A stretch of DNA of 20,178 nucleotides, taken from Promethearchaeia archaeon (GTDB lineage: Archaea; Asgardarchaeota; Lokiarchaeia; Sigyniarchaeales; SOKP01). Made by a program: the position numbers and the translations under genes. Positions 9,956 through 17,122 of the stretch are shown here, one piece after another. Below the pieces are notes generated by a model. That model was not told the origin of the DNA and searched no databases. It was given only the letters and a program-made list of their open reading frames with translations. Where the stretch lies: positions 1 to 20,178 of the forward strand of contig JAWOCD010000045.1 of NCBI GenBank assembly GCA_046483985.1, given 5' to 3'. The stretch's first letter is position 1; each line of letters begins with the position of its first letter.

Positions 9956-10368
9956 TTTTTTTAGATACCAGCAGTATTATCGAAATACTAAATGGACCTC
10001 AAACGTTAGAGGCGTCAATTGATCGATTCAATGACAGATTCGCGGTTACCGCGCCCTCTATTTTTGAATTATTTCATGGAATTTATAGACAGAAATATCT
10101 AAAAAAAAAAGCTTCAAAAGAGAAGGTTGACAATCTAATTAGAGATTTAGAGAATTTAAGAGATTCCTTGGATTTTTTCCCTTTAAGTGAAAAATCAGCC
10201 AACTACGCGGCGAAATTGCATGTTAATCTTCTTTCTATTGGTAAGGAAATAGATATTTTTGATTGTTTAATAGGGGCAATTGTTCTTTCAAATGGGTTTG
10301 AAAAGATTGTTACAAATAACGTGAAACACTTTAACAGGATTGATGGTCTAAAAGTCTTTTCATTTTAA
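9952..10368 (+). CDS. vapC: VapC-family PIN ribonuclease toxin
   Basis: MIFLDTS, ELFHG, IFDCLIGAI and IVTNNVKHFNRIDGL PIN motifs; coupled to the upstream antitoxin. Confidence 0.92.
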   Translation: MIFLDTSSIIEILNGPQTLEASIDRFNDRFAVTAPSIFELFHGIYRQKYLKKKASKEKVDNLIRDLENLRDSLDFFPLSEKSANYAAKLHVNLLSIGKEIDIFDCLIGAIVLSNGFEKIVTNNVKHFNRIDGLKVFSF

Positions 10369-10567
10369 GCCAAATAAACGATTTTAAATTATTATAAATT
10401 GAATAAAGATCTAATTTTTGAGAAATTTTCCTCGAAATCAGATAGACTAGTGTCTTAGGGCGGAAGTCCTTGAAACATATAACTCCATCCTTCCGAATCA
10501 AATTCATTATTGGAAAAATCGTTTTTTACGGTATGTCCTTAAACCAGTAAGACTTGATTGACGTTCA

Positions 10568-10740
10568 GATAATGGGTACTCTAAAGAAGTACAAGCCGCA
10601 GAATGATTGAAAAATTAAGAGTGTTGCAGAAGATTTGACGATAACTGCAAATTTGACTCTTAGAATCTGGAGAGTCCGAAGTATCCTTGGTAAAGGTGAT
10701 CGAATCCGGGCAGAGGTAGAAATGAGAGACGAGAGAAATC
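10568..10740 (+). pseudogene. Heavily degraded second DUF3368-like PIN remnant
   Basis: Pieces in shifting frames: SKEVQAAE*LK, IKSVAEDL, LESGESEV (LDxGExEA-like, 10660-10683) and IRAEVEMRDERN (DER motif). Confidence 0.3.
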
Positions 10741-10769
10741 AAGATAATTAGTCATTTCATACTTACCTT

Positions 10770-10926
10770 AAGCGATTCCTTAAGGTCAATAAATCTATTG
10801 CTCCCCTTATTAATCGCTTGGATTAAGAGAATCATTGCGGGAATAAGATCCAAATATCCCAATCTTTTTTACATTAAATCGTTCTTTTAACGTTTGCTTG
10901 TGTTTTTTGAGGTCACTTTCAATGGC
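10770..10926 (-). pseudogene. MNT nucleotidyltransferase antitoxin remnant
   Basis: Minus-strand translation AIESDLKKHKQTLKERFNVKKIGIFGSYSRNDSLNPSD* (stop at 10810-10812), followed by RFIDLKESL at 10770-10796. This is the classic small-MNT pattern, broken at the DxD. Confidence 0.75.
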
Positions 10927-11410
10927 TGATTCTCTATATAAGTTCAAAATACTTTTCAAAATTGAAAAGACGGGTTTTGTCCATAACATGTTGGAGATTG
11001 TCTGATACGATATTTCAAAGTGATCGACAAGCTCATTGATTGTAATATCCGGTTTTGACTTTATATTGACCAGGTGTGTTTAAGTAGAACTATTTTTTCG
11101 ATGTCAAAGAGGGGAAAGAGAATTTGATAAAGTTTTTCGTGAGTCCAGTAAAGATGTTGAGAAACATTGTCGGGAAGGGAGAAAAGGGAAAGAACACGAC
11201 ATGCAGTGGATTTATCAGGGAACACCTAAACGGTTCAATCTCCCGTTATATCTTTTCTCACCTTGAACGGTCTTTATAATTTTTCTCTCAAGAACACGTT
11301 TCATCATATTAGCGTAATAAGTGTTGGCAAATTCGGTGATGGTCTTTATCGGTTCTCACTTTTGTTCAATTTTCGCTTTGAATTTTTTGTCACTCATAAG
11401 CACATCATTT

Positions 11411-11890
11411 TTATTCTATGGGCAAGAAGAATTTTTTCTCAAATGATGAGATCATGCTTACCTTCACAATTTCTGACCTATCTTTGTCAAGCTTGATAAT
11501 TTGATTGATACCATCCTCCACTTCGCTCATTGTCTTACCCGCAACCCATAATACGAGATAAATTTTTCCCACCATTCGATATGCATTAATTACATTCTTT
11601 TTCTTGCTCATTTTTTTTAGGAATGATGTTGGTGCTTTTGAAGAAATGTCTACTCGCGATATTTTTAATCCAATCTCTCGTATTATAAGTCCGTAATTGA
11701 GCTCAAGAATGTTCTTTTCTTTCAGTTTTTTAATTCTTGCCCCCACGGCGGGCTGACTTAATTTTACCTTCGTGGATATCTCGGAATGGGTTATCCCGGG
11801 ATTGTTCTGGATTGCCAACAAGATTTTCTTATCTGTGTCATCAACATCTACTAAATCTATTTTGAAATATATCGATCCTAAAAATACCAC
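11411..11890 (-). CDS. Lrp/AsnC-family transcriptional regulator
   Basis: wHTH VDDTDKKILLAIQNNPGITHSEISTKVKLSQPAVGARIKKLKEKNIL plus a RAM-like C-terminal domain. Start uncertain: the GTG at 11890 was chosen because the track's TTG at 11920 lies inside the IS right end. Confidence 0.85.
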   Translation of the reverse strand: MVFLGSIYFKIDLVDVDDTDKKILLAIQNNPGITHSEISTKVKLSQPAVGARIKKLKEKNILELNYGLIIREIGLKISRVDISSKAPTSFLKKMSKKKNVINAYRMVGKIYLVLWVAGKTMSEVEDGINQIIKLDKDRSEIVKVSMISSFEKKFFLPIE

Positions 11891-11915
11891 AAAGGAATGT
11901 CGTATATTATGAAAA

Positions 11916-12040
11916 GTCAATTACCACGCCCTAAAGGGCGTGGCTTGTGGTTCAACTCATCTTCAATTCCCTAACGGGCTTCGGAGTCATCGTTGTCCAC
12001 ATCTAAGGGGCTAATTGACACATAGCCCGTGTCCGTCGGA
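11916..12040 (-). ncRNA. Predicted TnpB omegaRNA (reRNA) scaffold
   Basis: Overlaps the tnpB 3' end and the right end. Complementary pairs: 11916-11923 with 12012-12019 (8 bp), 11974-11980 with 12024-12030 (7 bp), and the terminal hairpin 11924-11931 with 11936-11943. The 5' boundary is approximate. Confidence 0.65.
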
Positions 12041-12305
12041 TATACCGAGGGACAACTGCCCGATCTCTGATGTTCATCGAACCGGCTCGATCATCGTTGG
12101 TTTGGTACCCGCACTTTCTGCATTTAAATCGGTGTAATTTTCTATTTCTGTTATTCTTGTCTTTATGTCCGCATTCGGGACAAATTTGGCTGGTATATTT
12201 CGGGTCTACATACACGACGGGGATTCCTTTTTCTATTGCCTTATATTCGATGAACTTCTGGAGTTGGTAATAGCTCCAATTACTCAACATTCTGTTGAAC
12301 ATCTG
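12003..12305 (-). pseudogene. tnpB: tnpB C-terminal fragment (zinc ribbon plus RuvC-III), 5' truncated
   Basis: WSYYQLQKFIEYKAIEKGIPVVYVDPKYTSQICPECG...FKCRKCGYQTNDDRAGSMNI; RuvC-I, RuvC-II and the N-terminal lobe are missing. Confidence 0.92.
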
Positions 12306-12413
12306 ACCCAAAATGAAGATGAAGAAAAAATCAACAATCCTGATAAAGTTATCGGGAAGTTTGGAGTGGGATTAAAAGATGCGTTTGCTACATTTTATCG
12401 TAATAATGTAAAT
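12297..12413 (+). pseudogene. Internal fragment of a GHKL (HATPase_c-like) ATP-binding protein
   Basis: EHLTQNEDEEKINNPDKVIGKFGVGLKDAFATFYRNNVN; IGKFGVGLK is the GHKL G2-box. The segment has no start or end of its own. Confidence 0.7.
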
Positions 12414-13640
12414 ACTTTCTTTTGTTATGAGTTCATAAAGAATTGCTTGTTTATCGGGTTTCGGGCGCAATAATCTCCCTAATCGTTGGACATATTCCCG
12501 CGAACTTCCAGTTCCGCTCACGATAATTCCAATGTTAACTTCTGGTACATCAATCCCTTCATCGAGTACCCGAGATGAAACAATAGCCGTATATTCTCCT
12601 TTCCGAAATTGCTTTAGAATCTTCTCTCTTTCTCCAGCACCAGTTTTGTGGGTTATACAAGGAATAAAAAAGGTTCGAGAAATTTCATAGACCATTGAAT
12701 TATACTTTGTAAATATTATTATCCGGTCCTCGGGTCTTCGTTTTAGAATTTTTCGTAAAAATGCTAGCTTGTTCTTGGAATTGAACGCAATTTTCTCCGC
12801 CTTTTTATGGGCGAGTATTGCCGCTCTTGCCGCCGGATCTCTTCCAGAGCGCATTACAATTTTCTGAAAATCACTTGCGCTATTCATTCGTATGTTCCTG
12901 GAGATCAAATAATTTCTAAAGATTTTTCGGTTTTTTTCATATGCTTTCTTTTCGCCAGGAGTAAATTCGATTGAAATTTTTTCCACTCTATATTCTGCTA
13001 AGTATTTACCCGCCAAGTCATCGATTTCAGCTCTATAAATAACATCTCCCACAATTTCCGGTAAAACCGTATGTAATCCATCTTCTCTTTCATAAGTGGC
13101 AGTTAAACCTAATCGGAAGGGGATTGCAAAAATCTCCGCAATATGCCGGTATCCCTCAGATGCTAAATGATGAATCTCATCGAAGATAACTAATTTAAAT
13201 TTATTTCCCATGTGTTCAGCGTTAAGATACGCAGAATCATATGTTGTCACGGTAATTCCTTTTAGGTCTTTTGAATTGCCGGTAAACTCCCCTACTTTAA
13301 TATCAAAAGCCTCCTTTATCTCACTCTTCCATTGAGACACAAGATCTAACGTGGGAACGATAATTAACGTTGCGGAATTAATTTGTTCGGCAATTTTTAA
13401 CCCAAGTATTGTTTTTCCCGATCCAGTTGGCATGATCACTATTCCCCGTTTTTGTTTATTCCATGTGTTTAAGGCTTCTTTCTGATAAGGCCGAAGAGTT
13501 ATTTCTGAATGAAGACTTGCCGGACTTGGTACGAGATTCAAAACGCTATCTTGATATCGCTTTCCGGAATTTTCAAGATAATCGATTATTCTCTTGTAGT
13601 TTACACCCTCTGCAACCCATTTTTGTATTCTTTTTCGTCT
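12372..13640 (-). pseudogene. Archaeal XPB/Rad25-like SF2 helicase, apparently clipped at both termini
   Basis: LRPYQ, MPTGSGKT, DEIHH, GLTATYEREDG, VLDEGIDVP, QRLGRLLR. Homology-like sequence continues upstream of the TTG at 13541 (KRIQKWVAEGVNYKRIIDYLENSGKRYQDSVLNL) to a TAA at 13641-13643 with no start codon. After LYELITKE the frame runs into the antisense of the GHKL fragment. The core is intact, so expression from the TTG is possible. Confidence 0.75.
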
Positions 13641-14101
13641 TTAGTGGCTGGAGCGACGAAAATTGCATACTTTGCCTTTTTCGAAAAAAATAAAATAGGT
13701 CCAATTTTGGATTCAGGAATTTGAAATAGCAGCTTCTTTTTCTCCCCAGCAATTTCTAATGCTATGCTTATCAACTTTTTCAGATAGGAAACCTTCCTGA
13801 TAGAAATCATTATATCATCCTCTATAAATTCGGAAGGGTCATAGGAAATCGGGGACTGGTAGTGCATTCTGTACATGAGCGATCTCACGAAGAGCCCGTC
13901 ATATTTAGAAATCCCTATTACGTTTCTATATCCCAACAAGAGATTTTCATCGTGGAAATTTACCAATTGGAAATTTTTGGAAACACTCGGATCCGCATTT
14001 TTGCATAGATAATCGATTATCGCTTGCTGTTTAGAATCTAATGCTTTATGCTTCCAATTTGCCGTAGAATTGCTATGTTCCAAAAACTTCTTAAAATCCA
14101 T
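13601..14101 (-). CDS. Hypothetical protein, 166 aa
   Basis: ATG start preceded by a purine-rich GGAGAAGGA; protein-like composition; no motif recognised. The last codons overlap helicase-derived sequence. Confidence 0.65.
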   Translation of the reverse strand: MDFKKFLEHSNSTANWKHKALDSKQQAIIDYLCKNADPSVSKNFQLVNFHDENLLLGYRNVIGISKYDGLFVRSLMYRMHYQSPISYDPSEFIEDDIMISIRKVSYLKKLISIALEIAGEKKKLLFQIPESKIGPILFFSKKAKYAIFVAPATKDEKEYKNGLQRV

Positions 14102-14308
14102 TTTTAATCCTTCTCCCTTCCATTCTAAAAGGAGAAATCAGTTGATTTCAATAATAAAATCTAATTTATAAAGAGTGTTATTATTTGGGTAATAAAAAGA
14201 AAATTCTTTAGAACTTTCTATAACTCATAATGCTTATATTTATAAAACCTATGGAGTGGAGATTTACTGATCTCTACATTTCTTTTTGTCTTGATTTTTC
14301 TTTCATTT

Positions 14309-16963
14309 CTAAGCATCTAAGCATTGAATGAAATAATCGGATTTATTTAAAACCTTCCACATCGCTTTATATTCTTTTTCTTCAAAATAGCTGACATCTT
14401 TATGCAAAAAGCGGATAAAATTCTTTAAAGCCCTTCTCATTTGGTCCATCCTTGTTTTTGTCTCAACAATCTCGTTTTGAATTACAAATTCACCTAAAAA
14501 CTTTTTAAGATTTTCGGGATTAATATATTTCTCGAGGTACTTTGGCTCGCTAAGATCATGTTCCTTAAGGAGATACCCAAGAAAGATAATAATTAGTTCT
14601 TTTTTATTCTCAACTGTTTTCAGTTTTAACCCTTTATTTTCCAAAAAGTAATAAAAATCCATAACTAAAACATCCATAAACCTCAACAAATTAATATGTT
14701 CTTTTAGATCTTCATCTATATCATCGGGTAAAACGCCTATATCATAAAAAGACGCTGTCCATTTATCTGGATTATGCAAACATTTATTAGGACATGTTAT
14801 ACATTCTTGTATTAAATTATAAAGAACATCGGCAAAACTATCCTTAAATGACCCTAAAGTAATAAATTGTGTAACCAGATTAAGGTAAGAGTCATTATGT
14901 ATGCTTTTTTGTGATAAAGTTCGGGTTACTATGGTAAGAATGGACAATTTAGAAGCCTCCTTCCAATTAAAGTCGTCATCTTCTATCATAAGATTTGACG
15001 CATTTTTAGCAAGTTGAAAGCTTAAATCAATGAATTGTTCACTCGCGACTACATAAAAGAAATTGGGGTAGAGATCATAAAATGTCATAGCTAATCCCTG
15101 AGTCAATTCATAGATGAATAAATTTTTTGATGTATGATCCTCCTTCTCCGGGAAAAAATATAAGGGATTTGTAATGATTGAATTGAGCTTATTCGAGATA
15201 ACCCTTTCTTCAAGGGGCTTTTCAACCTTATCCACAATTTTTGCTGCCATCAAAACCTTTTCTCTTGCAGAATTAAACAATGAATAGAACTTTTCAGTGG
15301 AAATACCTAACCCTTCCAAGGAATCTCTACATTTAAATTTCTCAAAAGGCCAAAATCGGGTTAAGAAATTTAATGTTCTGGCGGGCTCGATAATTTCCGG
15401 TAACCTTAAAAAATCTTTAAAAGGATAAGATAACTGGGAGGCGGATATCGCTAATTGCATACAAAAATTGAAATCAAAAGGAAAGATCTGAATCATTAGA
15501 GAACCGAGGGCAATGGCCCTGTGAAAATAACCCCCCGATTGGAGTAAATGACAAAGATCCATGTAAGCCTCAACTTTAAGTGAATCTCGCTCAATTGATC
15601 TCAAGAGACTCTTCAAGGCATAAAATCTTTTCCCCAAGCCCTGTAGTACTTTTCCCTTAAAATAATGTGCTGCGCTATTTTCCGGAACTTTTCTCACAAG
15701 TCTATTTATAAACAATAATGCCTTTCGATATTGTCCATCATAATAATTTCTCTGTGCTTTTTTTATCAAATCTTTATTTTTACTCTCTTTGAAATTTAAG
15801 CCTATATCATTTTGATTGGAATTGTGAATAAAAGCTAATAATTTCTCTTGTGAGCTCAAAATCTTCTCTAAACGACCAATATATTTTTTGATATCCATTT
15901 GAAAGTCTTCGGGGAAATTGAACATTGGAAAGTTTTTATCATTAATAGGTTCTTCCTCTCTTGGAAATGGTTTAATTTTTTCAATCTCTTTTTCAATTTC
16001 TCTCTCAACACTCATGGAATCGAGTTTTATAGGTAGTTCATTTATATTTTTACCTTTTTCCCGCAACAATTCACCTAGTTTATTAGAGTAATTAATATAT
16101 TCCCTTAAATCTACTTGCAAATCTCTGAACAACTCTGGAAAATCTATCTCTAAGATGTAACCGGAATAAAATAATCCTTGATATAACATCAATAATCTGA
16201 AGAAATATTTATCTTGGTTTTGTTTATTATGAAGGGTTTTAATGATTTTTGAAGGGAAAGATGGCAAATTTTTGAAATTCTGAATAAAAACATAAATATT
16301 CCAAAACATCAAATCATCTTCAATAGATTGAAGAAGATTTAAGATTGTCTCAACGATGAGATCTTCAGATTTTGAATTTAAGAATTGAAAAAGTTCTTGT
16401 TCGTTTTGGGCTAATTTTTCTTCGTCTAAATCTGGATTTAATTTTCTTAAAATCTCGTTCTTGATGGATACCACATTATTCTTCCCCTTTGACTTTGCCG
16501 ATGAAGATGTTATAAAATCCCTGGATTTGTTGACATTATATTCATTTTTAATTACTTTTCCGCTTTTTTTTGATCCGGTTGGGACTTTCTTTTTCATTTG
16601 CTGTTCATTCTGGAACGCTCTTATTATCTCTTGGGCAGTTCTCCTTTTTAACACGTTTTCCGTGGTTAAATAAATTATATAGGTTTTTAGAATCTTTTTT
16701 ATGTAGGAAATTTTTTTCATCGAGTAATTTGGGAACTTCTTGGGCATAAATCCGCTAAGATACTCATTCACAAATTGCCCATCTAAAACCTTGGCTGAAA
16801 AACCATGCCGTTGCTTTTTTCTTAATTCTTTTAAAAACAATAATATATGGTTTTTAATGAATTTTAGCTTGTACTCCACCCCAGAATCTTTCATATATTC
16901 AAGAAATTCGGGTAGGATCGAAACACACCTTCTCATTGTGTCATTTCTTTCTTCTTCCTTCAT
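14309..16963 (-). CDS. 884-aa protein: N-terminal integrase SAM-like helical domain, central TPR repeats, CxxCxxxC motif, C-terminal integrase SAM-like domain
   Basis: TPR-like KKAQRNYYDGQYRKAL...PENSAAHYFKGKVLQGLG...EAYMDLCHLL; ECITCPNKC. Both ends show the F..YL...G / FL.EF / L..F..FL pattern (EFLEYMKDSG...ILKTYIIYL; DFYYFLENKGLKLKTV...LKKFLGEF...ALKNFIRFL). Confidence 0.75.
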   Translation of the reverse strand: MKEEERNDTMRRCVSILPEFLEYMKDSGVEYKLKFIKNHILLFLKELRKKQRHGFSAKVLDGQFVNEYLSGFMPKKFPNYSMKKISYIKKILKTYIIYLTTENVLKRRTAQEIIRAFQNEQQMKKKVPTGSKKSGKVIKNEYNVNKSRDFITSSSAKSKGKNNVVSIKNEILRKLNPDLDEEKLAQNEQELFQFLNSKSEDLIVETILNLLQSIEDDLMFWNIYVFIQNFKNLPSFPSKIIKTLHNKQNQDKYFFRLLMLYQGLFYSGYILEIDFPELFRDLQVDLREYINYSNKLGELLREKGKNINELPIKLDSMSVEREIEKEIEKIKPFPREEEPINDKNFPMFNFPEDFQMDIKKYIGRLEKILSSQEKLLAFIHNSNQNDIGLNFKESKNKDLIKKAQRNYYDGQYRKALLFINRLVRKVPENSAAHYFKGKVLQGLGKRFYALKSLLRSIERDSLKVEAYMDLCHLLQSGGYFHRAIALGSLMIQIFPFDFNFCMQLAISASQLSYPFKDFLRLPEIIEPARTLNFLTRFWPFEKFKCRDSLEGLGISTEKFYSLFNSAREKVLMAAKIVDKVEKPLEERVISNKLNSIITNPLYFFPEKEDHTSKNLFIYELTQGLAMTFYDLYPNFFYVVASEQFIDLSFQLAKNASNLMIEDDDFNWKEASKLSILTIVTRTLSQKSIHNDSYLNLVTQFITLGSFKDSFADVLYNLIQECITCPNKCLHNPDKWTASFYDIGVLPDDIDEDLKEHINLLRFMDVLVMDFYYFLENKGLKLKTVENKKELIIIFLGYLLKEHDLSEPKYLEKYINPENLKKFLGEFVIQNEIVETKTRMDQMRRALKNFIRFLHKDVSYFEEKEYKAMWKVLNKSDYFIQCLDA

Positions 16964-17047
16964 ATATAGAGATGGGTGTTTAAATTACTAAAATCCCTCT
17001 ATTAATGAATTAATAACCTCAAATAAGTGCGTCACACTAACTATTAA

Positions 17048-17122
17048 GTTGGACAAACTTGGACAGCTTGTCCGCGCCCGTCGATAGTGGAAACGGGTTC
17101 CAATGCATAAACATAAATACCG
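17048..17122 (-). ncRNA. Putative compact omegaRNA-like / right-end structured sequence of the large TnpB-like gene
   Basis: GC-rich structured stretch just after the stop: CCCGT/ACGGG stem (17077-81 with 17093-97), GGACA(A)/(T)TGTCC stem (17061-65 or 17051-56 with 17068-73), and TTGGA/TCCAA long-range pair (17049-53 with 17099-103). Sequence returns to AT-rich below about 17048. Confidence 0.45.

Larger units (their letters stand above)
11916..12305 (-). mobile_element. Right-hand remnant of an IS200/IS605-family (tnpB-bearing) element
   Basis: The tnpB 3' fragment is followed by the typical right end CAAGCCACGCCCTTTAGGGCGTGGTAATTGAC (hairpin 11924-11943, terminus at 11916). No left end or tnpA is present. 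Confidence 0.88.

Noticed and set aside
11080-11400. Degenerate minus-strand reading frames downstream of the AsnC gene
   Set aside because: Multiple stops and frameshifts, and no family could be supported.
12165-12473. 102-aa plus-strand ORF as a real gene
   Set aside because: Composite of tnpB antisense, the GHKL fragment and helicase antisense.
14309-16963. Calling the 884-aa protein an integrase or the transposase of the TnpB-like element
   Set aside because: No tyrosine-recombinase, serine-recombinase, HUH or DDE catalytic motif seen. Its AT-rich composition matches the host rather than the TnpB-like gene.
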